Source: a bacterium (lineage in GTDB: Bacteria; Patescibacteriota; Minisyncoccia; Phycocordibacterales; JABMNX01). Taken from it: DNA of 64,000 bases. Below, piece by piece: positions 19,870-30,586 of this stretch. Where the stretch lies: the NCBI GenBank assembly GCA_002687905.1, contig NZBM01000015.1, positions 2,811-66,810 of the forward strand, written 5' to 3'. The notes under the pieces were generated by a model that was not told the origin of the DNA, did not search any database, and worked only from the letters and a program-made list of their open reading frames with translations. Position 1 is the stretch's first letter, and each line of letters starts with the position of its first letter. A program made the position numbers and the translations under genes.

Positions 19870-21050
19870 AAAGAGTTGTAATATTCTCAACGAATTATTT
19901 CCCGAACGTAGCTGGTGCAGAAATCGCAATAGACGAGATAGCCAAGCGGGCTGATGGAATAGAATTTCATCTGATTACAACTCGATTTTCAAGAAAGGTT
20001 CCGGCAAAAGAGCGTATTGGTAATGTTATTGTTCACCGCGTTGGGGTAGGGAGTGGTTTTGCGTTCTTTGATAAATTACTCTCACCTTTTTTTGGCGCTT
20101 TTAAAGCGTATCAACTAGATAAAAAGAAACCCGTTGATCTTTTTTGGTGCATGATGGTGACGTTTACTTGTGGAGCACCATATATTCTAAATACTCTTAG
20201 GTCTTGGAGGAAAATAAAGATTGTTCTTACACTACAAGAAGGTGATTCTGAAGAACATTTAACGAAAAGACATTTAGGACTAAATGGGCTTGCGTGGAAA
20301 CTTGCACTAAAAAGAGCGGATGTTCTTACGGTGATCAGTACATATCTAGGAAAGCGTGCCAAGAGGCTCGGTTACTCTGGCCCCATACATCTGATTCCAA
20401 ATGCTGTTAATATTTCACATTTTTCTCAGGAATACTCTAAAGACATCCTTAAAGATTTGGAAGAAAAACTCGGAAAGAAAAAGGGAGATGTGTTTATGAT
20501 AACTACGTCTAGGCTGTCTGAGAAAAACGCACTTGATGATGTTATAGAGGCTGTTGCGTTACTTCCCAAGAATATTCATTTTATTGTGCTTGGAATAGGA
20601 GAAGATGAGAGCAAATTGAAGAGATTGGCAGATGATAGGGGGGTAGGTAGTAGGGTTCATTTTGTTGGATATGTCGGCCAGGATGAAATTCCTAAATACT
20701 TAAAAATTTCTGAGATATTTATACGCCCTTCACGTTCTGAAGGATTTGGCATTTCTTTTGTTGAGGCTATGGCAGCTGAAATTCCTGTCATATCCACTCA
20801 AGAGGGGGGAATAGCAGACTTCCTGTTCGATGCTAAACGTAATCCGCAGACGAATTCTACTGGGTGGGCGGTGGATAAAGATTCTCCGCAACAGATAGCA
20901 GACGCTGTCAATAGAATCTTGGAAAATCGAGATGAGGTAGGGAAGACGGTTTCAAATGCTAAAAAGATGGTAGCCGAGAATTATGACTGGGAAAGGATAG
21001 CAAGAGATATGCAAAATAAAGTCTTTGCGCCTCTTACTGGGCTAAGCTAG
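19866..21050 (+). CDS. Glycosyltransferase family 4
   Basis: SRLSEKN and EGFGISFVEA. Confidence 0.9.
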   Translation: MKRVVIFSTNYFPNVAGAEIAIDEIAKRADGIEFHLITTRFSRKVPAKERIGNVIVHRVGVGSGFAFFDKLLSPFFGAFKAYQLDKKKPVDLFWCMMVTFTCGAPYILNTLRSWRKIKIVLTLQEGDSEEHLTKRHLGLNGLAWKLALKRADVLTVISTYLGKRAKRLGYSGPIHLIPNAVNISHFSQEYSKDILKDLEEKLGKKKGDVFMITTSRLSEKNALDDVIEAVALLPKNIHFIVLGIGEDESKLKRLADDRGVGSRVHFVGYVGQDEIPKYLKISEIFIRPSRSEGFGISFVEAMAAEIPVISTQEGGIADFLFDAKRNPQTNSTGWAVDKDSPQQIADAVNRILENRDEVGKTVSNAKKMVAENYDWERIARDMQNKVFAPLTGLS

Positions 21051-21060
21051 CATTTCTAAA

Positions 21061-22182
21061 ATGAAAATATTAATTGCAACAGGGCTGTATCCGCCTGAAA
21101 TTGGTGGGCCAGCAACATATTCAAAGATTTTAAAGGACCAGCTTCCAAAGCATGGTTTTTCGGTGGTTGTACTCCCCTTCTCCACAGTAAGGAAATTTCC
21201 AAAGTTTATAAGACATATAATATTCTTCGTTCACATCTTGAGACTAGGATATGGTAAGGATTATATTGTCTCGCTTGACCCAGTCTCTGTTGGTTTACCA
21301 GCGGCCTTGGCTAGTGCTGTGCTTAGAAAAAAGCACATAATTAAGATCTCTGGTGACTATGCTTGGGAACAATTAACAGAGCGTTATGGCATTTATAAAT
21401 CGCTTGAAGATTTTTCAAAAAATAATTCTAGACGACCTTTCCCTATAAATATATTAAGTAAGGTTGAGTGTTTTGTTGCTAAAGACTCCGAAGCGATAAT
21501 AGTTCCAAGCAAATATCTAAAAGGAATTGTAGAAAAGTGGGGTATCAAGGGCGAAAAAATACACGTTATACATAACAGTGTTAAAGACTTAAATGACCAA
21601 GGAAATGTAGAGATCTTAAGGAGTCTTATTAGATTTGACGGGAAAGTTATTATGAGCGCCGGCAGACTCATCCCACTTAAGCGTTTTGATATGCTTGTGC
21701 GTCTTATGCCAGTTCTTGTTGAGAGGTTTGGAAATATAAAACTTTTCATAGCTGGAGATGGTCCTGAAAAAGAAAAGCTAGAATCTTTAGCAAAGGAACT
21801 TGGTGTTGAAAATGAAGTAGTGTTTTCTGGTTCGCTTGAGCAGGAAGTCTTGTTTAGGTATATAAAAATATCTGATGTATTTGTTCTTAACTCTACACAC
21901 GAGACGTTTCCTCACATTCTCTTGGAAGTGCTTTCAATTGGGCGTCCCGCTATAGCAACGCGAGCTGGGGGAAATCCTGAAATTATTGAGGATGGTAAGA
22001 GCGGAATTCTAGTTTCTTCAGGAGACGAGGACGAATTAGAGAAGAGTATATCTAAAGTCTTATCAAACAAATCCTATGCCCAGAGACTCTCTGTAGGAGG
22101 AAGACGTAGAGCGGAGGTTTTTTCAGAAAAAAGAGCAATTGATGAGTTTATAAGCTTACTTAAAAGATATGAGAGTACTTAG
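21061..22182 (+). CDS. Glycosyltransferase family 4
   Basis: YPPEIGGP, GRLIPLK, ETFPHILLE. Confidence 0.9.
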   Translation: MKILIATGLYPPEIGGPATYSKILKDQLPKHGFSVVVLPFSTVRKFPKFIRHIIFFVHILRLGYGKDYIVSLDPVSVGLPAALASAVLRKKHIIKISGDYAWEQLTERYGIYKSLEDFSKNNSRRPFPINILSKVECFVAKDSEAIIVPSKYLKGIVEKWGIKGEKIHVIHNSVKDLNDQGNVEILRSLIRFDGKVIMSAGRLIPLKRFDMLVRLMPVLVERFGNIKLFIAGDGPEKEKLESLAKELGVENEVVFSGSLEQEVLFRYIKISDVFVLNSTHETFPHILLEVLSIGRPAIATRAGGNPEIIEDGKSGILVSSGDEDELEKSISKVLSNKSYAQRLSVGGRRRAEVFSEKRAIDEFISLLKRYEST

Positions 22183-23215
22183 TATTGGTTCAGACAGGAA
22201 GCTTTTTGAGGATGGTAGTTTTGTCTGTGAGCGTACAAAAAAATATGGGGAGCACATGGAGGAACTTCATATTGTGGTTTTTGCACTAAAAAATCTTGGA
22301 TTTAGAAAGAAAAAGATAGGAGAGAATATAACAATCTACCCTACTAATTCCCTAACAAAGTTTCAATATATTGGAGACGCTATAAAGATTGCTAGGTCAA
22401 TAAAATATGATCGAATAACGACACAAGACCCATTTATTTCTGGCTGGGCGGGGGTAAGTATTTCAGCTAAATCAAAAAAACCCCTACAAGTTCAAATTCA
22501 TACAGACTTTCTTTTAGAGGGGTTTCAAAAAGGGGGTTATATCAATCGCTTTTACGTACGTATGGCAAATCACGTACTTCCAAAGGCAGACTGCATACGC
22601 GTGGTATCGGAGAGGATTAAAGAAAATATTGAAGCGAGATACAAGCTAAAATCTATACCAAGAGTATTACCCATTTTTGTTGATATAGAAGCTATAAAGA
22701 ATGCTCCAAAAAATGAAAAAGAATTCCCCTTTCAAATTGCAATGTCTAGTAGGTTAGAGCCTGAGAAAAATATAGGTAGAGCTATAAAGGTACTCAGTAG
22801 AATCGTGAATGAGAGAATAGGAATGGTTATTGTTGGCGAAGGGGGCGAGAGGTTGCGTCTAGAAAAAGTTGCTCGCGACCTTGGTATTGAAAGTGGGGTT
22901 TTATTTAAAGGTTGGATTCAAAACCCAGTCCCCTATATTAAGTCTTCAGATTTGTTTCTTCAGACCTCAGAGTTTGAGGGTTATGGTATGTCGGTGGTAG
23001 AAGCTCTTGCTTCCGGTGTACCGGCTTTGTCCACAGATGTTGGCATAGCAAAAGAATATGGAGCAGATGTTTTTGAAACTGACGAAGAGTTAAAAGAGAA
23101 AATAGAGAGGTATATAGAAAATGGAGGTATGGGTGAGTTGAAGAATTATCCTTACAAAAATGAGGAAGAATACATTAAAAAGTATGTAGAGATGATAGAG
23201 ATATGCGGATCTTAA
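22169..23215 (+). CDS. Glycosyltransferase family 4
   Basis: SRLEPEKN and EGYGMSVVEA. Confidence 0.88.
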   Translation: MRVLSIGSDRKLFEDGSFVCERTKKYGEHMEELHIVVFALKNLGFRKKKIGENITIYPTNSLTKFQYIGDAIKIARSIKYDRITTQDPFISGWAGVSISAKSKKPLQVQIHTDFLLEGFQKGGYINRFYVRMANHVLPKADCIRVVSERIKENIEARYKLKSIPRVLPIFVDIEAIKNAPKNEKEFPFQIAMSSRLEPEKNIGRAIKVLSRIVNERIGMVIVGEGGERLRLEKVARDLGIESGVLFKGWIQNPVPYIKSSDLFLQTSEFEGYGMSVVEALASGVPALSTDVGIAKEYGADVFETDEELKEKIERYIENGGMGELKNYPYKNEEEYIKKYVEMIEICGS

Positions 23216-24249
23216 TTACAACGCAGAAAGTTGATAAAGACGACGATGTACTCGGCTTTTTTCATAATTGGATTATTAAACTTGCACCACATTTCTCTGA
23301 GGTTCACGTGATAGCACTTTCTGTAGGAAAGCACGATTTGCCAAAGAATGTGCACGTCTATTCTCTCGGGAAGAGAAGAGGTGATTCCGGATACCTCAAA
23401 ACCTTACGATATATCGTAAGGTTTTATAAATATCTATTTATGCTCTCTGGAAAATATGATGCCGTATTTTCTCATATGAACCCTGAATATATAATTCTTG
23501 CGGGATGGTATTGGAGGCTTTCGGACAAAAAGGTTTTTCTTTGGTATAACCACAAAAAAGGAGGGCTTAGGCTCCGATTCGCCTCTCTTTTCTCGCATAA
23601 AATCTTTTACACTTCACCAAGCGCTTTTACCTCTCGGTACAAAAAGTCTGAAAAAATGCCAGTCGGCGTTGATACTGAGCTTTGTAAAGATATTGAAGTA
23701 AAAAGGGAGAAAAACAGCCTACTCTCCCTTGGTAGAATTTCGCCAGTTAAGAATGTGGAAGTAATTATTGAGGCACTTTCTCTTTTAAATAAAGAAGGAA
23801 TTTCCTTCACGTCTTATATATATGGAGACCCAACGGATAAAGATCTATCTTACTACAAGGAAGTTCTTCAAGGTTCAGAAAATCTCACCGAAGAGGGGGC
23901 TCTAACTTTTAATAAAGGAGTTCCCTATGAGAAAACGCCAAGAATATATAGTGCTTATGAAATTTTTATAAACGCGACACCAAGCGGTAGCTTTGATAAG
24001 ACTATTCTTGAAGCGATAAATTGCGGTATGATTCCTGTTATTTGTAATGAGGCCTTTGGCAAAGACTTTCCGAAAGAACTCTTGTTTACAGAAGGAGATA
24101 GCAAGGATCTTAAAAATAAGTTGGAAAAGCTATTTAATAAAAACGCTGAAGAAAAGAAAGAGCTTCAAAAATATCTACGAGAGCATATACTCAAAGAACA
24201 CAGCCTAGATGATCTAATTCTTTTATTGTCTGATGAGATAAGAAGTTAA
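23203..24249 (+). CDS. Glycosyltransferase family 4
   Basis: GRISPVKN and GSFDKTILEA. Confidence 0.85.
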   Translation: MRILITTQKVDKDDDVLGFFHNWIIKLAPHFSEVHVIALSVGKHDLPKNVHVYSLGKRRGDSGYLKTLRYIVRFYKYLFMLSGKYDAVFSHMNPEYIILAGWYWRLSDKKVFLWYNHKKGGLRLRFASLFSHKIFYTSPSAFTSRYKKSEKMPVGVDTELCKDIEVKREKNSLLSLGRISPVKNVEVIIEALSLLNKEGISFTSYIYGDPTDKDLSYYKEVLQGSENLTEEGALTFNKGVPYEKTPRIYSAYEIFINATPSGSFDKTILEAINCGMIPVICNEAFGKDFPKELLFTEGDSKDLKNKLEKLFNKNAEEKKELQKYLREHILKEHSLDDLILLLSDEIRS

Positions 24250-24250
24250 T

Positions 24251-25357
24251 ATGAAAAAAAACATACCTCTATTTAAAGTTTTTATGCCGGAGACGGTAGA
24301 CAAATCGCTACTCGAGACTCTTCATAGCGGCTACATTGCGGAAGGGCCAAAGGTAAATGAATTTAACGATATAGTGTCTAGCTTTCTTGGGAATAAATAT
24401 ACGGTCCCAATGAATAGCTGTACGACTGCGCTTACTGTGAGTTATAGACTTGCGGGAATAGAGAGAGGAGATGAGGTGATTTCAACTCCTCTAACTTGTG
24501 TTGCTACAAATGTACCCCTTCTTTTAATGGGAGCAAAAATTGTGTGGGCAGATTGCGAGAAAGAGACCGGGATGATTGATCCAAAAAAGCTAGAAGAGAT
24601 AATAACTAATAAGACAAAAGCAATAGTAGTCCTTCATAAAGACGGCAACCTAGCAAAGATGGACGAGATAATGGCGATTGCCAAAAAACATAATCTAAAA
24701 GTAATAGAGGATGCTGCTCACACTTTTGGCGCAAAATACAAAGGAAAGAAAGTTGGAAATATTGGGGACTACACATGCTTTTCATTTCAGGCGATAAAAC
24801 ACATTACAACTGGTGATGGCGGGCTTCTTTCTGTAAAAAATGAAGAAGATTATAAACTGGGGCGCAAATATAAATGGCTTGGGCTAGATAAAGAGGATAA
24901 TCCAAGCGGTGGAAATATTTGGTTAAACGATATTACTATTTCTGGCTATAAAGGAAATATGAGCGATATTTCTGCCTCAATTGGAATAGAGCAAATGAAG
25001 CATGTGGACGAGATTCTTTCTAAGTATCATGAAAATGGTCTTTATTACGAATCACTATTAAAAGATGTGGATGGAGTTGGACTCATTTCACGTAACAAGG
25101 ATGATTACCCTACTTTCTGGACATACGTTATTTTGGTAGAAAATAGAAACAAATTGATTAAGGCTCTCGCAGATGAGGGGATTGCGGCAAGTGTTGTGCA
25201 CCCAAGAAACGATAATTACAGTATTTTTAAAGAAAGTAAGAGAGAACTAACGGGTGTTAATTATTTCTCCGAGAGGGAGCTCTCACTTCCGTGTGGCTGG
25301 TGGGTAAATAAAGAAGATGTTGAAGATATAGTCAAAATAATCAAGGACAATATATAG
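24251..25357 (+). CDS. DegT/DnrJ/EryC1/StrS PLP-dependent sugar aminotransferase
   Basis: NSCTTAL, IEDAAH, FSFQAIKHITTGDGG. Confidence 0.92.
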   Translation: MKKNIPLFKVFMPETVDKSLLETLHSGYIAEGPKVNEFNDIVSSFLGNKYTVPMNSCTTALTVSYRLAGIERGDEVISTPLTCVATNVPLLLMGAKIVWADCEKETGMIDPKKLEEIITNKTKAIVVLHKDGNLAKMDEIMAIAKKHNLKVIEDAAHTFGAKYKGKKVGNIGDYTCFSFQAIKHITTGDGGLLSVKNEEDYKLGRKYKWLGLDKEDNPSGGNIWLNDITISGYKGNMSDISASIGIEQMKHVDEILSKYHENGLYYESLLKDVDGVGLISRNKDDYPTFWTYVILVENRNKLIKALADEGIAASVVHPRNDNYSIFKESKRELTGVNYFSERELSLPCGWWVNKEDVEDIVKIIKDNI

Positions 25358-25409
25358 GAGACCTATGTTGGCAAAATAGTGTTTAAAGTAGTACCTTAGT
25401 TGGATAAAT

Positions 25410-26567
25410 ATGGAAGATAGAGCGAAAAAAGACTTAAAAATAATGACCATTCTCGGTACTCGCCCCGAGATTATACGGCTTGCTTCGGTCATAAAGAGGC
25501 TCAACAAGTACTGCAATCATATCTTAGTACACACTGGACAGAACTATGACTACGAGCTGCACAAGGTGTTTTTTGAGGATTTAGGTCTTAGAATGCCGGA
25601 TATTCAACTTGAGGTGAAGTCGGGCACACTTCATGGGCAGATTGCAAATATCATTCGTGAGACAGGTAAAGTGTTGGAAGAAGAAAAACCAGATGCGGTG
25701 CTCGTGCTTGGAGATACAAACTCAGCTCTGTCGGTTATAAATGCAAAGCGGCTAAAGATACCCATCTTTCATATGGAGGCAGGAGACAGGTCCTTTGATG
25801 AAAATGTTCCTGAAGAGTTAAATAGACGAATCGTTGATGGTATTTCAGACGTACTTATGCCGTATACCGAGCACAGCAGAAGGAATTTGCTTCGTGAAGG
25901 AATACATCCAGAGAAAATTTTCATGACGGGTTCTCCAATACGAGAGGTATATATGGATATGATGGATAAGTTTGAGACTTCCAAAATTCTTAAGGAGTTA
26001 AAACTAAAGAAGAGAAAGTTTTTTACCGCCTCAATCCATCGTGAGGAAAACGTAGATATTCCCGGAGGCCTTAAGCTAATGGTTAAAAGCTACAATGCAC
26101 TAGTCGATAAGTATGATTTTCCTGTAGTGGTTTCAACTCATCCGAGAACTATGAAGCGTCTTAAAGAAAAAGGGCTTCTAGACAAATCAAATGAGAAAAT
26201 TATTTGGCACAAACCATTTGGCCTTATTGACTATATTTGGCTTCAGCTAAACTCATTTTGCGTGGTCTCAGACAGCGGCACGATTCATGAAGATTCAAGT
26301 ATTCTAGACTTCCCTGCTATAGCTATTAGAAAATCAACTGAAAAAGCTGAGTCAATCGAATCTGGCCACTCGGTTATTAGTGGACTTGATCCTGATAGTG
26401 TTCTGAGAAATGTAGTTATTGCAACTGAAGATCATTTTGATCCCAAAAAATCTCCAATGCCGTTTGAATACCAACCAGTCAATGTTTCATCCAAGGTGGT
26501 AAGAATTGTTGTTGGAATGGCTAAGATTGTAGATAAGAAAGTTTGGGGGGAGAAAAAACATGTTTAG
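25410..26567 (+). CDS. UDP-N-acetylhexosamine 2-epimerase, non-hydrolysing (FnlC/WbjD/Cap5G-like)
   Basis: GTRPEIIRL, HTGQNYD, GDTNS, HMEAG, HREENVD, SDSGT. Confidence 0.88.
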   Translation: MEDRAKKDLKIMTILGTRPEIIRLASVIKRLNKYCNHILVHTGQNYDYELHKVFFEDLGLRMPDIQLEVKSGTLHGQIANIIRETGKVLEEEKPDAVLVLGDTNSALSVINAKRLKIPIFHMEAGDRSFDENVPEELNRRIVDGISDVLMPYTEHSRRNLLREGIHPEKIFMTGSPIREVYMDMMDKFETSKILKELKLKKRKFFTASIHREENVDIPGGLKLMVKSYNALVDKYDFPVVVSTHPRTMKRLKEKGLLDKSNEKIIWHKPFGLIDYIWLQLNSFCVVSDSGTIHEDSSILDFPAIAIRKSTEKAESIESGHSVISGLDPDSVLRNVVIATEDHFDPKKSPMPFEYQPVNVSSKVVRIVVGMAKIVDKKVWGEKKHV

Positions 26568-26976
26568 AGAACCGCACGACATTTTGGAGATGGAATTACA
26601 TTCTGACGAAAGAGGTCGTCTCAACGAGGTTCTTCGACATATAGATCATGGCATACCGAGTGGAGGACAACTATATGTATTCACTATAAATCCTGGGTTT
26701 CGGCGCGGGGATCATTATCATACATACAAGAGAGAATGGTTTACCTGTGTGAGCGGAGAGGCGATAGTTCTTGTGGAAGACAAGGAGGGGAATAAAAAAA
26801 AGATACTACTTAGCTCTGAAAAACCAGCTGTTTTTTATTGTGGTCCGTATACCTCCCACGCACTCATTAATAAAGGAGATGTAGAAGCTGTAGTGGTTTC
26901 GTACGGATCACACCAACATGATCCAGATGAGCCAGATACATATGCAAAATTTATTGAATATGGTGAAGATCTATGA
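26560..26976 (+). CDS. Stand-alone WxcM-like cupin (sugar epimerase/isomerase; resembles the C-terminal domain of CapF/WbjC)
   Basis: HSDERG, RGDHYHTYKREWF, ...DPDEPDTY. Confidence 0.75.
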   Translation: MFREPHDILEMELHSDERGRLNEVLRHIDHGIPSGGQLYVFTINPGFRRGDHYHTYKREWFTCVSGEAIVLVEDKEGNKKKILLSSEKPAVFYCGPYTSHALINKGDVEAVVVSYGSHQHDPDEPDTYAKFIEYGEDL

Positions 26977-27631
26977 CGAAGACGCTCTTAGTGAGTATTT
27001 GAAGAATGACTTTATCTTAGAGGGGCTTTCTAAATATCAAGGGGACAAGGAGTTTGTATCCCACGAATGGCTGCTTAACATGGAAGAGAAACGGCTTATC
27101 TATGCTGATGTTTATGGCGAGCTTTTAAAAAGCAGTGGCAGAAAGGTCCTAGATGTAGGTGGTGGTTTTTGTGGCTTAAGTAGAGAGCTTATAGAGCGCC
27201 ATGACTATACTCTCTTAGATATCATGGCTCATGATGACCATAAAAAAATAGGGGAGATTTCATCAGAAAATGGCGGCTTCTGGATAAATAGTGACTGGTA
27301 TGAATTTGATACTGATCGGAATTATGATTTCGTTATTGCAAACGATTTATTCCCTAATGTTGATCAGAGATTGAGAATGTTTGTGGAGAAATTTAAAGAC
27401 ATTACTAAGAACTTGATCTTAACGATAACCTGTAATGATAAAGATGTGTTCTATAAGGTGAAAAGAGTGGATGCTCAAGAGCTTCTTATAGTAGCGCCTT
27501 GGGGGAGGGATATGACTGAAAGGGTACTTCAAAATTTATTTAATGAGAGAAGTATATCTCTACCAAAGAGCAAAAAACCCATCTTTCGAAATGGGCGTGT
27601 AGTGTACAAATTCTCGCATACAATTTCTTAA
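26960..27631 (+). CDS. Class I SAM-dependent methyltransferase-like protein
   Basis: VLDVGGG and YDFVIANDLF. Start set at ATG 26960. Confidence 0.6.
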   Translation: MVKIYDEDALSEYLKNDFILEGLSKYQGDKEFVSHEWLLNMEEKRLIYADVYGELLKSSGRKVLDVGGGFCGLSRELIERHDYTLLDIMAHDDHKKIGEISSENGGFWINSDWYEFDTDRNYDFVIANDLFPNVDQRLRMFVEKFKDITKNLILTITCNDKDVFYKVKRVDAQELLIVAPWGRDMTERVLQNLFNERSISLPKSKKPIFRNGRVVYKFSHTIS

Positions 27632-27632
27632 T

Positions 27633-29462
27633 ATGTGTGCCATAAACGGTTTTACGTTTCCGGATGAGGAACTCATAAAAAAGATGAATAAAAAAACCGC
27701 TCACCGCGGGCCGGATGACTCCGGTGTTTTTCTAGACGGAAAGGTAACTTTTGGGCACAATCGTCTTTCAATTATTGACCCTTCGCCTTCCGCCCATCAG
27801 CCAATGAAAAGTAAAGACGGTAATGTAGTCGTAATTTTAAACGGCGAAATTTACAATTTTAGAGAACTTAAGGAAGAACTTGATAGCAGTTACTCATTCA
27901 AGACCGAGAGCGACACCGAGGTAATAATTGCCGCTTGGGAGAAATGGGGCACAGAGTGCGTTAAGAGGTTTAACGGAATATTTTCTTTAGCTCTTTGGGA
28001 CAAAAGAAAAGAAACACTATTTCTGGCACGTGACCATGCCGGAATAAAACCTCTCTATTACTATCTTGACGGTGAAAGGCTTATTTTTTCTTCTGAGATA
28101 AAGGGAATCTTAGAGCACAACATTCCAAGAAACATTGACTATGAAGCGCTTGGTCATTATTTCAGACTCCTTTACGTACCCGCTCCTCACACACTATTTA
28201 AGAACGTTCTTAAATTTCCACCGGCGCACTACGCTATTTTTAAAGAAGGAAAGTTGGAGTTTATGAAATACTGGGATGAATCAGAGAATTCCAGTATTAA
28301 AAACAAAGATGAACTCCTAGAGAAGACAAAAGCGGTGATTACAGAATCAGTAAAGCGGCAGCTAGTCTCAGACAAACCTCTTGGCGTCTATCTCTCTGGC
28401 GGGCTTGATTCGAGTATCATACTTCACTCAATGTCAGAAAAGCACGTAGATATTGATACTTTCTCCGTTGGTTTTGAGCTTTCAAAGGAAGAGCAAGCAG
28501 ATAAATTTAATGCTGATTTCTTTCTAGCCAAAAGAACCGCGAAGCATTATGGCACAAAGCATCACGAAATACTTCTCTCACCGAGCGATGTAGTTGAGCT
28601 TTTTGGAGAGAGCGTATGGCACTCTGATGAGCCGATAGCAAACCCAACAGCACTTGCGCGGTTAAAGATAGCTCGTTTTGCAAAAGAAAATGTTGATGTG
28701 GTGCTGGCGGGCGACGGAGGGGATGAGTTGTTTGGTGGCTATGATAGGTATCGCCTAAGTCACGCGGCCGATTTGTGGCAGAAATATACACCCGGAATTA
28801 TACGGAGCCTGCTCTCAGTAAATGAACGCCTTCGTAAACTAAATACCCCTCCTGGAGTTTCTAGATACGGACTCTTTATGTTTCAGAAGAACCCAGTTCT
28901 TAAGGAAGTGCTAAAAGATGAATATATAAATACCACCACGGCAAATTATTTTGAGGAAAGATACTTCAAAGCGAGTCAAGACGATTCGTTTACCCACAAT
29001 TTTCTTTTTGCAGACAGAAAGTCGTGGCTCGTGGATGAGTCGCTTATTCTCTCAGACAAGATGTCCATGGCAAGTGGTATTGAGATGAGAGTGCCGTTTC
29101 TTGACCCAGAAGTTATTCAGTTTTCTCAGTCAGTACCAGAACATCTGAAGGTAAGTTCTTTTGATACCAAAATACTTCTTAAAGAGGCTTATCGGAGTAG
29201 TCTCCCGGAATATCTATTTAAAGAGCCTAAGAGGGGCTGGTTCTCTCCGAGTGCAAAGTGGCTTCGTAATGAAGACGTGTACGAGTTTGCAAAAGAAGTA
29301 CTTTCTTCGGGGTATTACAAAGAGACAGAAAATATCTTTAAGTGGGAAGGAGTTCAGTCCATGCTCGAAGATCACCGCGCTAGAAAAAGATATAACTTAA
29401 GTATTCTATGGGCTCTTATGGTATTTCAGGTTTGGGCGAGACGATTTGATGTTTCCGGTTAG
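27633..29462 (+). CDS. asnB: Asparagine synthase-like glutamine amidotransferase (glycan amidation)
   Basis: N-terminal Cys (MCAING), HRGPD, NGEIYN, SGGLDSS, GDGGDE, RVPFLD. Confidence 0.92.
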   Translation: MCAINGFTFPDEELIKKMNKKTAHRGPDDSGVFLDGKVTFGHNRLSIIDPSPSAHQPMKSKDGNVVVILNGEIYNFRELKEELDSSYSFKTESDTEVIIAAWEKWGTECVKRFNGIFSLALWDKRKETLFLARDHAGIKPLYYYLDGERLIFSSEIKGILEHNIPRNIDYEALGHYFRLLYVPAPHTLFKNVLKFPPAHYAIFKEGKLEFMKYWDESENSSIKNKDELLEKTKAVITESVKRQLVSDKPLGVYLSGGLDSSIILHSMSEKHVDIDTFSVGFELSKEEQADKFNADFFLAKRTAKHYGTKHHEILLSPSDVVELFGESVWHSDEPIANPTALARLKIARFAKENVDVVLAGDGGDELFGGYDRYRLSHAADLWQKYTPGIIRSLLSVNERLRKLNTPPGVSRYGLFMFQKNPVLKEVLKDEYINTTTANYFEERYFKASQDDSFTHNFLFADRKSWLVDESLILSDKMSMASGIEMRVPFLDPEVIQFSQSVPEHLKVSSFDTKILLKEAYRSSLPEYLFKEPKRGWFSPSAKWLRNEDVYEFAKEVLSSGYYKETENIFKWEGVQSMLEDHRARKRYNLSILWALMVFQVWARRFDVSG

Positions 29463-29498
29463 CGATTTGAGGATTTAATAGTAGGATATGGATTTAAT

Positions 29499-30581
29499 AT
29501 GAAAAAAATAAAGGTTCTTGCAATATACAGAGGTGACATATTGGCAAATCGAGGAACACCAATACGAGTACGTTCACTGCTTTCTCGGGTAGAGGATGAT
29601 GAAAGAATTGATCTTACTGTTGCTTCTTGGAGCGAGGATGAGGGTTGTTTTGATAATCATATGAGACTTACCAACAACCATTTAGATGATTTAAAACAGC
29701 TCCTATCTTACGTAAGAAAAAATAAAGTGGATGTCACTATAGGGCACACTATTTCTGCGTCTTATTATTTACTTCCAATAAAGTTCTTTACGGGCTCCAG
29801 AATTTTTCTTGAAATGCACGGTTTTATAGAAGAAGAAGCTCGAGAGTATAACAGTATCAGCTGGTTTGCATATATTCGGATGAAGGTATGGAACGCAATA
29901 TTTTTCTTTTTTCTCGATTTTGCGGTTACGTGCAGTAAGTCAATTACCGATATTATTAAGAAGTACAACAGAAAAGTGGTAAGTCTTTGTGGCGGAGTAG
30001 ATATTTCGCTCTTTAATCCGGATGCAAAAAGTAGCGGATTACTTAAACGAGATGACAAAATAGTAATTGGCTACATTGGGGACGCTATGAAGTGGCAAGG
30101 GCTTCCGTTTTTGGTCAACTCTTACAAAAAACTTTTAGAAAAAGATAAAGATTTTCGTCTAGCCATTCTGACTAGTGAGAGAAACAAGATAGAAGAGAGT
30201 GAAGGGATAGAGCTTTTTGATGCAGTTCCTCACGCCGAGGTTCCCGGTTTTATGATTGATTGCGATATATTAGTTATTCCAAGACCTCTTACCAGGGTTA
30301 CCAAGATCTCGTATCCTTCGAAACTAACTGAATACCTTGCTATGGGAAAAGCAATTGTAGTAAGTAGGATGGGGGATGCAGACCAGGCCATCGAGCATGG
30401 CGTTAATGGAATGCTCTATATTCCAGAAAGTGAGTCTGAATTTTTAGAGACGTTGTTGCGTCTAAAGGATAAAAAGACTAGAGTGAGCCTTGGTGAGAAT
30501 GCTTACAATACAGCGAAAAATATGTCTTGGGAGCGCCTTTCGAAACGTTTTGCAGATTACATAGTTGAATCTGTAAAGTAG
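29499..30581 (+). CDS. Glycosyltransferase family 4
   Basis: KWQG and YPSKLTEYLAMG. Confidence 0.85.
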   Translation: MKKIKVLAIYRGDILANRGTPIRVRSLLSRVEDDERIDLTVASWSEDEGCFDNHMRLTNNHLDDLKQLLSYVRKNKVDVTIGHTISASYYLLPIKFFTGSRIFLEMHGFIEEEAREYNSISWFAYIRMKVWNAIFFFFLDFAVTCSKSITDIIKKYNRKVVSLCGGVDISLFNPDAKSSGLLKRDDKIVIGYIGDAMKWQGLPFLVNSYKKLLEKDKDFRLAILTSERNKIEESEGIELFDAVPHAEVPGFMIDCDILVIPRPLTRVTKISYPSKLTEYLAMGKAIVVSRMGDADQAIEHGVNGMLYIPESESEFLETLLRLKDKKTRVSLGENAYNTAKNMSWERLSKRFADYIVESVK

Positions 30582-30586
30582 GAAAA